From contig NC_057724.1 of the NCBI RefSeq assembly GCF_004010195.1, positions 12,902,417 to 12,966,416 on the forward strand: a DNA stretch of 64,000 nt. The letters are read 5' to 3'. The notes under the pieces are model-generated. The model saw nothing but the letters and a program-made list of their open reading frames with translations. It made no database searches and was not told the DNA's origin. Source of the stretch: Chiloscyllium plagiosum (lineage: Eukaryota). Shown in pieces: positions 27,196-39,623 of this stretch; position 1 is the first letter of the stretch; every line of letters begins with the position of its first letter. The position numbers were made by a program, and so were the translations under genes.

Positions 27196-27425
27196 CACCC
27201 TCACCTTGACCTCTTTCCACCTATCGCATTTCCGACACCCCTCCCCCAAGTCCCTCCTCCCTACTTTTTATCTTAGCCTGCTGGACACACTTTCCTCATT
27301 CCTGAAGAAGGGCTTATGCCCGAAACCTCAATTCTCCTGTTCCCTGGATACTGCCTGACCTGCGCTTTTCCAGCAACGCATTTTCAGCTCTGATCTCCAG
27401 CATCTGCAGACCTCACTTTCTCCTT
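27196..27425 (+). mobile_element. Penelope-like 3' end/pLTR, family B
   Basis: Near-identical to 50920-51037; hammerhead CTGAAGA-a-gggc-ttat-gccc-GAAAC-CTC at 27302-27329 (stem III mutated). Confidence 0.8.
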
Positions 27426-28109
27426 CCTTACTCTGGCCAAGTCCCTCGGTATTATCACAGTGGGTGGTACCTGACACACTCTATCCATTGTTAACTCTTC
27501 CAGACCTATTTTCACCAGGTCTGACAGAGTTTACCACACAGTGGGAATAGATTTTGTCACTTGTCTCCAATAAAAATGAACTAACCAAGCAACTATTTGA
27601 TATTTTTAAAAGGAATGTATTTTTAACTAAACTTCAGAGTTAAATTCTTTTGTTTTTATTCCTCCTCAGATTTGAGATACAGGTCACAGAAATCGTACAT
27701 TTTAAAACCATTTAGGTGAAAGTTCACCAATCCAACCTGGAGTGAAATCCCAACCTGGAATGAAACCCCTCAGAAGCCAATTGACCTGACACCAAAGTTT
27801 TGATCTATTTTATCACTTTGTTGTCAATTGTATTTAATTACATTTGTATTGAATATGAAAGTGCAAACTAATTACTGCTCAACAAATCTTTCTCTTTGCT
27901 GTGTAGAAGCAGACAGATTTGCAGATTACTCTGTTTCAATCAATTAGATTCAATACTTTTCACAACATCCATAGACATAAGTATATACTAAAAAATTACA
28001 TCTCACCATTACTTTTTTTGTTCATTTGAAAAGGGAGGCTTGTTGCTCTCTAAATGAATTCATGAATTCCTTGCAGTAAGATTAATGATCTGTAAAACTG
28101 AATTGCAAT

Positions 28110-28280
28110 GTCCAGTTGAATCAAGACAGTAACAACATTTAAAAGACATTTGAACAGGTAGATAGATAGGAAACATTTAGAGGGGTATGGCTCAGGCAAA
28201 TAGGGCTAGTTCAGTTCGGGAAACCTGGTCGGCGTGGACAAGTTGGACTCTAGGATCTATTTGCATACTCTCTGACTCTG
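28110..28280 (+). mobile_element. CR1 3' tail fragment
   Basis: acatttaaaagacatttgaacagg...ctctctgactct. Confidence 0.65.
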
Positions 28281-28382
28281 AGATGTGACATCAGGAGAAT
28301 TCCTCAGCCTCACTGCCAGGCTTTCAGATTGTTCGCTATCAATGGCACGGGGATGTCCTGGATTCACTATCCATTGGGGTCA

Positions 28383-28632
28383 GGCCAGGGATAGGAGTTG
28401 ATCCTGTGCAAGACACATGACCGCAATGAGAGACTTGTGTGCATTATCTTGGCAGACAGGGATAAGAGCTTGATCCTTATCCTTAGGAGACACACACTAA
28501 TCCGTATAGGAGACAGGAATAACAGACTGATCTGAATCCATAATGGGAGAGTGCGATAAGAGACTGATCCATATGGGAGATGGGGTCAAAAGACTGATCC
28601 ATGTTTCTTTGGGGAGAGGGATAAGAGATGGC
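28383..28632. repeat. Degenerate ~30-bp minisatellite
   Basis: Recurrent unit resembling gggagacagggataagagactgatccatat. Confidence 0.65.
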
Positions 28633-28644
28633 TACATGACCATA

Positions 28645-29410
28645 TTAAAAATCTCTCAACACCAGGTTATAGTCCGACAGGTTTATTTGGAAACACTAGT
28701 TCTAAGAGCGCTATTCCTTTGTCAGGTGGCTAGTGAGGCAGGATCATAAGACACAGAATTTATAGCACAAGACCGTAGTGTCATGCAACTGATACACTAT
28801 ATTGAACAAACTTTGATTGCTGTTAAGTCTATCACCTTTTAGAATGAGTTGCAGGTTTCAGTTCATTAATCTGTAAATCCCAGAACTACTTTCAAGTCAC
28901 ATTCCTGAGATAATTTAAGATTTCATTTTAAAAAAGTGATGTCGCAGCTCAGTTAATGCTGAAAGGTGTGAGGTTAGAGTCAGTCTGTATCCCAATCTTG
29001 AGTCAGATTGGTTCTATTTCCAAAGTGGGAATTTATAAAATGTTACATGGATTGACTGCCTGCAGCTTCTGTGCTTTTTGAGCAAAATAAAATGCATCTG
29101 CAAATACACATTCACCCCATAGACTTGTGTGCACATGCATGTGAGGGAGAAGAGTGTGTGTGTGTGTGTGTGCTTGGTAGAGTGTGTGCGTGAGTCTGAC
29201 GGAGTATAAGCCAGTGAGAGGGTGTGTGTGTATGAGAGAAGGTCTGCGTGAGTATGTAAGGGGTGTGTGCGCGAGCATCTGTGTGAGTGTAATGGGGTTT
29301 CCTGTAGTGTGACATGAACCCCAGGTCCTGTTGAGGCCACCCTCATAGATATCGAACTTGACAATCGGCTTCTGCTCGGTGACTGTGCGTTGTGTATCCC
29401 AAAGTCCACC
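28645..29410 (-). mobile_element. Penelope-like 3' fragment, family D, with (CA)n-rich 3' region
   Basis: Endonuclease C-terminal remnant (QRTVTEQKPIVKFDIYEGGLNR); terminal repeat homologous to 58548-58630. Confidence 0.6.
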
Positions 29411-31025
29411 GAGACAGAGATCTAATACAATTCAAGGCTGTACTGGAGGCAGGGATTAAGGATGCAAAATTCAGTTTCATTTCTAGCATTGGAAATGGAA
29501 GGCTGTCATGTTCCTGATTGTGCCTTCAGCTGTTTCCAGCGTGAGGGGATATTATTTTGAGGCAGGCTTTGAAATCAACTAAACTCATTCAATCACCACA
29601 GCAAACAGCCCACTGCTGCTGTAATCCCCCACTTTTTAAATTTGGACCAAGCAGGTCTGCAGAGAAAATTTGCTTATCATTCACCAAAGATCGCATGTGA
29701 GATAAGTCTTTCACTTGCTTTATTTAACATACCAGGCACTCAACTTGCAGGTAAAGTAATTTTGGAAAACGTTGCTTTGCAAAGTATCTGGAAGAACACT
29801 TGAGTGCTTTCCAGGTGCTGGCTAGAATTCTTGGTTTTGACAGCAAGTGCTGCTCTGCCCTTTCAGGGAAGGCAGAGAATTAGGTAGAGTGACCATAAGT
29901 CTGCAACTGAAGGAGAATCTCTGGTTAGGAGTATGGCATTGAGATGGACAGGGACAAGAGAGAGGGGGAAGATCTGCATGATGACCTCCCCTGATTTGGA
30001 CTGAGATTCCTCTGTGCTCCTTGACAATCACGGGAAGCTGCTAGTCAGGCCTTGGAGGGTGTCCAGCAGTGCATTTCAGTACGCCTCTGTCATCTGTGTT
30101 CCCTGCAACAAGACTCCTCAGCGAGCTCAACCACCAAGAAACTGGATTCCAAACCATCCTTTACCAGAGTCTGGGGTAGAAGGTGGGGGAGAGCGAAGAG
30201 CAGAATCTCAGCGGATAGTCTGAGGAAGAATGTGAAGCAAGAAGTCAATGGTGCCTTCATCTCAAACTCATTCTTCATGCTCAATAAGAAACCGGCATTG
30301 ATCGAAGAGTTGAGAGGGGCATATGATGGTCATATATGGTCATTAATGTTCTCAGCAGTACTGATAACATTGGCTCTGTCTCAGCCAGCCCTGAGATGTG
30401 AAAAACTATCTCCCTGGTGTGGCTCGGGTGCTGTTTTCCCTCACCACTTACATTCAGCTCACTTCTATGTGCTACATTGTTCCGCAAGGGAAAAGGTGGA
30501 ATGGCAATGATTGGGTTGGCCTATGTTTGGGTGATGTGCTGCCCCTAACTGGGAGTTTGTAGAGGCAGTGAGAACTGAGAGAGAGGCTAGCAGCACTGGT
30601 ACATGTTGGACATGAGTCAGCAGGACCTGGTGGATCAAAAGGTAGGAGATATCATGGAAAAGTACATTGACTGACATTGATCAAAAGTGCAAGGTCATTA
30701 AATGTCTGGCTTTGTTGTCAGCTCTTCAGGAAGTGGACCTCTTTGGCTATGTACTCTTCATTTCTTTATGGTTGGTTTTGTGAGTTTTCTCACACCAATC
30801 CCCCCCCCCCAAAAAAAAAGTAGGACAATGAAATCTTCCCTCTTGTCCACCTCTAGCATCAAGATCTCTAGCACTGCATGTTTAATCTTGGAACACTCTT
30901 ACTGACATGGCATTCCACTTGTTTATTATTGTAGCAGCAGTATCCATCAGCATTTAATGAGTTAATGCAGCTTTCATTGAAGAAGGGACAGACTGTGTTT
31001 AAGGACGGAAGGCTGGCTTCATTAT

Positions 31026-31120
31026 TCGCTGCTCCGTGGATGCTGCCTGAACTGCTGTGCTCTTCCAGCACCACTAATCCAGAATCTGGTTTCCAGCATC
31101 TGCAGTCATTGTTTTTACCT
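31026..31120 (+). mobile_element. Very short PLE 3' terminal insertion with 12-bp TSD
   Basis: TGGCTTCATTAT at 31014-31025 and 31121-31132; body ggatgctgcctgaactgctgtgc...ccagcatctgcag. Confidence 0.85.
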
Positions 31121-32142
31121 TGGCTTCATTATGTACTATCTGTTAAAGCTACTTGACTCCCTGCTGAGCACAAAGACTGCCAGCAGGGAGGAAATGTTTC
31201 GTCCTACACAACATGACAAAAGTTGCTTGCTGCTACTTCTATTGAAGCCAAAGAATTGTGTCCTTTGTGCCTGAAAAATGCTGCAAGGCAATTTTAGTCC
31301 GAGACTTTCTGTTCTTTTCCTATTTCGCTGTGGCTCACGGTAACAATTTTGAGATTCTGATTGTCGAGTTCAAGGGAAAAGCTCATAATTACTTTCTTGT
31401 TGTAGTAGAGTTGGACAAGAAATGATAACTTCCATTCCTAAAAATGATTAACAAAAATGTGATCAACTGGTGGGTACAAAGCTGAAAATGTTCCTTGTGC
31501 ATATTCAGGTTTAGTCACTGCCTTTAATTTATAAAATAAGAATCCATAAGAAAATCCATGAATTAACCTTTTTCCCCCAGAGTCAAGCATGCAAAAGTTG
31601 ATCCCAGATGCCACTTTTAAACAATGATCCAAACTTGTCTCGACACTTCTGCTGTTAAGTCACCATAACTCTGCAAATTTGCACAGACAAGGTCTCAGTC
31701 TCAGTTCTACTGACACTACAGTAACCCAGTGACAGAAAAAGATTCAGGGCTATCAAATGTATTTTCGAGCAAGGTAAAGTAAACATCTCTTCACAGCAAC
31801 GTTCCTTGCTATCTGTCATGATGTCAACTGGTTGAGAAACCTGTTGATAAGTTGGAAACCTGGCAGATGCCCAGATGTATAATTTGGATTTGTTGATCCA
31901 AAAAAGGATTTCCTGGCTGTTCGCAGAAGTAATAAAGGAATTGATACCAACGGTGTGATTTGCTGAATGCGGTACAACTGTAGAACTGAAAAATGAAGTG
32001 GCTAGTGATTACTCTGTGATTTAAGTCTTCTATGGGGAGTGGTGTTACACCACACCAGCAGCTCCAGAAAGCCTTTTTTCCCTCTCATCTGTGTAGGTTT
32101 ATCAAGACCACTCCAAGCAAGGTGTTAACAAATTGTTGACCC

Positions 32143-32348
32143 CAATGTTCTTTACACAGAGAGTTGTGAGAGTATGGAATGTGTTGCCAGCAGCAGTTGT
32201 GGAAGCAAGGTCATTGGGGACGTTTAAGAGACTGCTAGACATGCATATGGTCACAGAAGTTTGAGGGTGCATACATGAGGATCAGTGATCGGCACAACAT
32301 CGTGGGCTGAAGGGCCTATTCTGTGCTGTACTGTTCTATGTTCTATGT
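32143..32348 (+). mobile_element. CR1 3' fragment, second subfamily with (ttctatg)n tail
   Basis: FFTQRVVRVWNVLP...; tail ctgttctatgttctatgt; homologous to 56277-56387. Confidence 0.85.
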
Positions 32349-32679
32349 CCCAGTGAGCAATAAAGGGAAGGATTTACAGGCTGTTCTGCTGTTATGTGAC
32401 AGTTCCGTTCCTTTGCGACCTTGCACTATGAAAAACCACTAAAAAACCATGCAGAAGATTGCTATAAAAAATCTCTATATACATTCAATAGAAAGTTTGC
32501 ATTATCCAATTCATCAATTGCATTATACCAATTCGCATTGACAAAATGTGTATTATGCCAGAATAACCTGTATTTGATTTAATTTATTATTGTCGTAAGT
32601 ACCTAGGTGCAGTGAAAAGCATTGTTTTGCATTCATTTCCGATAGATCATACCATATAAAGTGCATTAGGGTAATAGAG

Positions 32680-32867
32680 CGAGGAAGAATGTGGTGCTGG
32701 AAAAGCATAGCAGGTCAGGCAGCACCCGAGGAGCAGGAACATCGACGTTTCGGGTAAAAGCCCTTCATCAGGAATTCCTGCTTCTTGGATGCTGCCTGAC
32801 CTGCTGTGCTTTACCAGCACCACACTCTCGACTCTGATCTCCAGAATCTGCAGCATTCGCTCTCGCC
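32680..32867. mobile_element. Inverted PLE pLTR pair with 8-bp TSD
   Basis: TAATAGAG at 32672-32679 and 32868-32875; imperfect inverted arms. Confidence 0.8.
32741..32774 (-). ncRNA. Minimal type-I hammerhead ribozyme motif, intact core
   Basis: Minus strand: ttc-CTGATGA-a-gggc-tttt-accc-GAAAC-GTC-gat. Confidence 0.6.
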
Positions 32868-34102
32868 TAATAGAGAGTTACGGCTGCAAAAAGAGGGAGG
32901 TCGATATTTAATTTGAGCAGTCCATTCAGAAGTCCAATAACAATCAATTAGAAGCTGTTCTTGAATCTGTAGGTATGTACATTTAAGCTTTTGTCTTCTG
33001 CCTGATGGAAAAGATTATAACTCGGTTGGGAGGGGGTTTTGTTTATGTTAGCTGTCTCTCTGATGGTGTCAATAGCTTGCATGATGCACTGGGCTGTGTT
33101 CACCACTCTCTGTAGATTCTTAAAGACCTGGCAGAGAAGTTGCCATACCAAGCCGTAATGCATCCGATAGAATGCTTTCTATGGTACATCTGTAAACATT
33201 GGTACCTGTCTTTATGGACATGTAGAATTTCCTTAGCCTCCTGAAGAAGTGATGGCATTATTGTGCTTTGTTGACTGTTGCATCATTGTGGGAAACAACC
33301 CAGATTCTGGTTGTCTGTTTGTGGTGCAGGCATCCAGACACCAGGTAAGCATGGGATAAGGCTTGGTTACGATGCCCCTGAGTATCATTTAGCTGAAACT
33401 CGCATATGAAAACAGGTCTCTTGATGAAGTGCTGTTGGGTTGCTCAGCCCAGCATTTACTGAGGAGTACGATTGTTGAGATATCTGTTGCCGTATTTTCT
33501 TCAACAGTAGGCTGTAATGATTCTGCCAATGAGTAATTGTGGCAGAGGGACACAGAAAATGGGTTAAAATTATTAGGTAGCTAATGAAGGCAGTAATTTT
33601 CTTCCATTACAATATGGACTACATGAATCCTCTTGGGGAACATTTTGTCACTAAAATCCTACAACAAGAATCTACAATCAATTTTTGGCTCACATCTGCA
33701 AAACTCTTAACTTAACATTGATTTTGGACCATTCCATGACAAATGAATGGATTTTGAGGGAGGCTATAGCTTTGTTGGCTCATTACCAGAGTCTTTGCCA
33801 CTGACTGCACTTTCTTTGCTGATATGCTTTTAGAACATAAATTCTGACTAAACCTCTATTGATGTTGTCATCAGTGACAAAAAAATCATTTATAGTTTTG
33901 GGATAATTTATATTTCAATCTAAGGAGTTCCTTTTTACATCAAAAAACATGTTCTGATAGCATCATCAGAATGTTCTGTTCTCCACTCTTCAGATGCTGA
34001 ATTTTCTTTGCATTTATCTGGCTTTACTATTTCCTTATTTGGAGGGATACAAAACTGGCAATTTGATGCTATCAAAGGAAAATGCAACTTTCAAATGTAC
34101 GG

Positions 34103-34270
34103 AAACACAAATTGCTGGAGAAGCTCAGCAGGCCTGGAGCAACTATTCTGAAGGAGGCTCACCAGATCCGAAATGTTAACTCTGCTTTCTTTTCACAGAC
34201 GTTGCCAGATCTGCTGAGTTTCTTCAGCAATTTCTGTTTCTGTTTCAGTTTCAGATATCCAATATCTACT
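34103..34270. mobile_element. Degenerate inverted PLE pLTR pair, family C
   Basis: aaattgctggagaagctcagcagg... versus ...ctgctgagtttcttcagcaattt; decayed hammerhead between the arms. Confidence 0.65.
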
Positions 34271-34912
34271 GTTCTTAGTTTTATTTTAAATGCGCTCCTA
34301 GCTTTCAATTTGCATTTTGATTTTCTAATTACTGTAACACCGTCCTGTTTGTAAACACAAAATAAAACACTTTTATTTTACCGAGAAAATGAAACAAATT
34401 TTTCATGGCCACTGTTGTGGAAGTGGAGTATGTTTACAATTGAGCAATTAGATAAGAGGTCTGAGACCAATTCTATGCAGTGTCTGTGAATTCTGGGAGA
34501 CCTGTATGGAATTGTTGTGAAGAGGTCACTGTTGCTTTATCAATACATGTTAGAATGCGATAGTGAGCAACCTGTTCACTCCTCAATCTGACCCTAGGCA
34601 TTCAATACGCTATTTTCTATCACTTGTAATAGTGTAGCCACCTATTCATTATTTCATGTTTTGAGGAGCTTCCTGTCTGTGCTTGTTTCATTTGGCATTG
34701 ATAGATTGAACCCATCCATAAATAGTAATAACCAGGTATGGTGCTGCCACTGTTACAAGCCTAGCTGACGTTATCATTGGACAAGTCAAACTCTAGACTT
34801 CGATATCTGGCTTGATATTTTGTTGTTTTTTTAATGAGGTGGTGTCTCACTGAAATGCAAGCGCACAATGCTGTAATTTCAGTTTGAACAATAAAACATA
34901 AATTTATTATGC

Positions 34913-35103
34913 CAAGTTTGTGAGAAGATTTGTAGCTCGGGTGCTCGTTGTTGTGGTTCTGTTCATCGAGCTGGGAATTTGTGTTGCAGACGTTTCGTCC
35001 CCTGTCTAGGTGACATCCTCAGTGCTTGGGAGCCTCCTGTGAAGCGCTTTATAAATGCCAGAGGAAACATCACAGAAGCACTTCACAGGAGGCTCCCAAG
35101 CAC
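34913..35103. mobile_element. Inverted PLE pLTR pair, family A, with 9-bp TSD
   Basis: TTATTATGC at 34904-34912 and 35104-35112; gtgcttgggagcctcctgtgaag is inverted with cttcacaggaggctcccaagcac. Confidence 0.85.
34986..35025 (-). ncRNA. Minimal type-I hammerhead ribozyme motif, intact core
   Basis: Minus strand: gca-CTGAGGA-t-gtcacc-tagaca-ggggac-GAAAC-GTC-tgc. Confidence 0.7.
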
Positions 35104-35869
35104 TTATTATGCAAAAATATGAAGGTAAAATAGAATAAGTTAAATTATTCGCATGTAAAACAAATTTAAGCATTTCAAAACACAAGGTAAAAATATAATC
35201 CCATTAATCCGAAAGCACCCCTTTACAGTACGCACAACAGAGAGAGTTCTATTCTCTATCAACCCTGTAGGACTTACTTTAGCTGTAGTTTTAACTCCCA
35301 GTCTTGGGAATCTGATGACATGTTACTGGAACTTCCATAGAACTCAGCTTAAACTTTCTCAGTTTCAAATAGCACCTTTGGGTTTACCCAAATATTTCTG
35401 GTTTAGGTCTTTTTTTTTGTGTGAAGTCCTTACACTGTGGTAACTAATTTCAACAATTTTAAACTGTCTTCTCCCTTTCTCAGGAGCGATTGCTTGGCAT
35501 GTCTAGTTTGAGTTAAGAACCTTGCAGACCTTCTAAAACTAAAATCAAAAGATGCTTTGTTTCCAAGCTGTAGGTGTTACACTTTATCAAACAAGAACAT
35601 CAGTCTCTGACCTTCCAGCTGAAACATCTAATGCACAACTGCTTACCTTGTTCACTAGTAAAACTTTGCTAAAGTAAATGGGAAAGCCCATTACTCTCCA
35701 GGAAGCTGTTTTCTCTCCATGTTTACAAGAAGTCACCATAGCTACAGAAATACTTAATGGTAATTATTAAAACCCTACAGATACACACAAACCCCATATA
35801 TTACTAGTTTAAAATTCAAAACAACTGATATTAATATATTTTAAAATCTCACACATTTCATAACACCCA

Positions 35870-36402
35870 AACAAGTAGGGTGCCAGACGAGTAAGGGTAA
35901 GGATACCATGGTACAAGTTGGCAATGCATTGGTTCGGGTAAGTCAATGTGGAGAGGAGAAATGTCTAGCTGGTGAGGTTGTAGGGCTTTTGAGTCTGGTG
36001 GCAGTGATGGGTCATGTGGAGGAAGGAGGTTGGTGGTCAGGTATGGAAGGTGTCAGGTTGGATACCTGGGCCAGCAGGGGTTTTTGTTCCAATGGATAGA
36101 GTAGGCTGGCAGGCAGGTTAGGGGTAGAGGTATGGGAACGGGGTCAGGAGTTTTATAAACTGCTGAATTATATGTTAAGGCTGTATGGTTTTAAGCTCCC
36201 GAGGTGGAAGATGAGGTGTTCTTCCTCCAGTTTGCGTGTGGCCTTATATTGATGGTGGAGGAGGCCCAGGATGGACATGTCATCAGGTGAGTGGGAAGAG
36301 GAGTTGAAATGGCTGGCAACCAGGAAGTGGGGTTGACTTGGAGCGTACGGATTGTAGGTGTTCCCTGAACCAGTCCCTGGGTTTACGCTCTGTCTGTCCG
36401 AT
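35870..36402 (-). mobile_element. Older Penelope-like fragment
   Basis: gaagatgaggtgttcttcctccag (LEEEHLIF, minus strand) shared with the other PLE copies. Confidence 0.55.
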
Positions 36403-36603
36403 CAGAAAATCTGGGCTGTTGTTGCTATCTATTTAGAAAATTGAGACCTAACTTTAACTTGAAGTTTTGAGTTATGTTTATACTGTGCACCTCCAGTCAG
36501 CAAATAATTTAGGTTGATTCCTTGGACATGTTACTTAGATGTCAGAGTATCATGTGGGTACTTTAATAGCTGCCAATGGGGCAGTTTCTTAAAAATACAC
36601 ACA

Positions 36604-36943
36604 GATGTGAGCATTTCTGGTTAGGCCAGCATTTATTGTCCATCCCTAATTATCCAAATGGCAGTTGAGAGTCAACCACATTGCTGTGGGTCTGGAGTCA
36701 TGTGTAGGTTAGATCAGGTAAGGGTGGCAGTTTCCTTCCCTAAAGGACATTAGTGAACTAGATAGGCTTTTCCCAACCATCAACAATAGTTTCATGGTTA
36801 TCATTAGACCCTAATTCCAGTTTCATCATTTGAATTCAAATTTCACCATCTGCAGTGGTAAGGATTCAAATCTGGATCCCCAGGACATTAGCTGAGTTTC
36901 TTGATCAATAGTTTAGTAATAATACCAATAGACATTACCTCCC
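36604..36943 (-). mobile_element. SacSINE1/DeuSINE-like tRNA-derived SINE
   Basis: Reverse-complement homologue of 52947-53271; tail shared with the LINE at 43465-44266. Confidence 0.7.
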
Positions 36944-38084
36944 ATTACTTGTTGATGGACTTAACGAGATGTTGGATAATGAGCATGAATGAAAATATAA
37001 TCAGAAGCATGCGAAAGACTAGCAGACCTTCTGAAGTGTCTTATTAAATGATCTTTAATATAGTTTAGTATTAATTTGTGGATGATTTTACTGCAGGATA
37101 TTTTTAACTTTCTTCCGCAAATTTTTATCCCATTTGTGAATCCATTACTTGTAATTTAACTACAGGATCAGTGATAACATGTTCTCAAAAATCAGCCTCT
37201 GCCTCTGTGAAACAATCAACAGGAATGTCATGGATCACAGGTTGATTTCTACTCCCCAGCCCACATCTCTACTCACTGCTGCCTTAGGAGGTAGAAGTAT
37301 TCTATCTTTTCAAGTTTTAGTAGTCTTCCCCAAACACAACTTAGCGGTTGTTTCATTACTGCCAGTGCTCTCTATGCCTGATAACTTCTCACCAACATCA
37401 GCTAGCTAACTGAATCAGTATTCCATTTCTCCAAAACTGGCTGCTCTGTCCTTAATTGAAATCTATGAATTCCTGTGACTGTAGCAGTTACAACACTGCA
37501 TTATAACCCCCTATGTCTGTCAGTCTGATGAATATATCAGTATCTTCCCCAAAGGAGTCACCAAGGCGAGGTTAGGAATAAATATGCATGTCACTCCTGT
37601 GCTGAGATGTTTGAACTGAAGCATTTCTCTGAGTTGCACAAATGAAGTTTAGTTCATCAATTTACAGAGACTTTAATGTGCTGCTTTGACAAATCTTGGG
37701 ATTCCAATGCAGGGAGCTAAAATAATGCTTACCAAACTTTTGAATGCACAGAATTCCAAAACCGGCACCCCTGCAATTAGAGAGTGCCTCATTGAACCCA
37801 GTAGCTTTTAAAACAAGATATGAATTCTTACATGACCACAATTAATCTCTCAAGATTTTGTATTGTCAACCAACTATGAAAGAATATGCCCCGCTAACCA
37901 AGTAACCATAAACACCATACTACGTTTATACATGCTCTCAGCAAATGTGTTCGTTTCTGACTATGTGCCAGACTTCTTCCAAAAATTCAACAGGCTCCCT
38001 CATCTCTGCAGTACCTGAGCAAATAGAATCATGGCTTCCAGCAGAAAGGCACCACATGACAACTCCTGGATCTTTTCAGCTCAA

Positions 38085-38607
38085 CAGGATTTATGTCTTC
38101 AAACTGAGAATCTGTTTTCCCTCCAAACCTTTCTTATTCATTTACTCATTCAAAAGTTTTTTAAACATTGTAACAGTACCTGTATCCACACACCAACCAA
38201 TCTCTATCTGAAAAAAGGTACCCCTTGTCTTTTTAAATCTTTCCCTTCTCACCTATGCCCCCTGGTCTGGAAATTCCCCACTCTAGGGAAAACACACCTA
38301 TTATTCATCTTCTCTATACTCCTCGTGATTTTATAAACCTCTTAAAGGTCAACCCTCAGCCTCCTATGCTCCAGAGAGAAAAAGTCCCAGGCTATCCTGC
38401 CTCTCCCTAAAACTCAAACCTTCCATTCATGGCAACATCCTGGTAAATCTTTTGCTGAACCCTCTCCCAGGTTTATTATCCTTACCATTACAGGGTTGAC
38501 AGAACTGGATACTGTACTCCATAAGAGGCCTCACCAATGTCCTGTACAATTCCAACGTGACTTCCCAACTCCTATACTCAAACGACTGAGCAATGAAGGC
38601 AAACAAG
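38085..38607 (-). mobile_element. CR1 3' fragment
   Basis: LYRTLVRPLMEYSIQF...KRFTRMLP. Confidence 0.8.
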
Positions 38608-39623
38608 TCTGGGACTCTGTTCCATTGGGCCTGTTTCTGGGTAAAACGCAGCGTGTTTACCATCACATGCTGCTTTATCTTAAATGAAAGGAGACAGTTT
38701 AAAACAAAAACAGCTTCTAATGTCTTCTACTCATAATTAACATATAAATATAAATAGCAATCAGCTTCCTAGACTCAGAAGAGGCTGGCATAACAGGGTT
38801 TATGGAGCCATGCATAGACCTGAGTGCTCAGACTGAGCATCCCTGTCCCACTACAAACAAAGAATGGAAAGCCTACTCTGGAGAAGGTCCATGTATTTGT
38901 TTGGCAGTTCTGCAGCTTTCCAGCCTCTGCCAGTGTTTACTGTTTTTATTACATTTTTTCAGTGTCCACAGTACTTTGTTTTTATGAATTTGCAAAGGGT
39001 GAACGATCAACTCCACAAACCATCTCTGTCAAAGGATAGAAGATGGTGCTGCAGTGTGGTAAGGTGACACTGGAGTTCTAAAGCCTAATTCGTCAGTGGA
39101 GTTCAGCTTCTTAAGCAATATTAAAAATCTGTTGTTGCTGCTTTAACTCCATTCAACAATCAAAACCTGCTAATAAAAGAAAAATATTTTTACTGTTTCT
39201 TATCATGATGCTGAATTTGTGAAAGTTTTCATTATGGCTGGCTGAGCCATTGCTGAAAGGAACTCTATTTTAGGTGTTCCAGTACTAGTTTGGACTCTCT
39301 GAATACGATTTAACATGTGGCGGGAGGCTGCTTGGCTAAACAATGTAGTTTGTTATTGAAAGATCAGCAAAAGTTTGAACATAAGTGGTCAAATTTATCC
39401 TGTGGTCAGATAAATTGACTAATACTCCTTCAGTGTTCATCTCTTATATTGTAGATAGGAGAATTGGGAAAAGAAAGATTTTTTTTAATAGAGCACTTTA
39501 TTTAATCTCTGGCATCCCAAAGTATTTGATGGCCAACAAAGTATTTTTTTGAAGTGTGGTCACTGTTGTTACTTACGAAAGCATAGCTCTGACTGAATTG
39601 TTTACCACATGTTTTCAATAATT

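Larger units (their letters stand above)
32575..33290 (-). mobile_element. Degenerate Rex-like LINE 3' fragment hosting a PLE insertion
   Basis: ...NLQRVVNTAQCI... and a tail similar to 9388-9500. Confidence 0.65.

Noticed and set aside
28383-28632. CRISPR-like array
   Set aside because: Eukaryotic context, degenerate units, no unique spacers of constant length and no cas genes.
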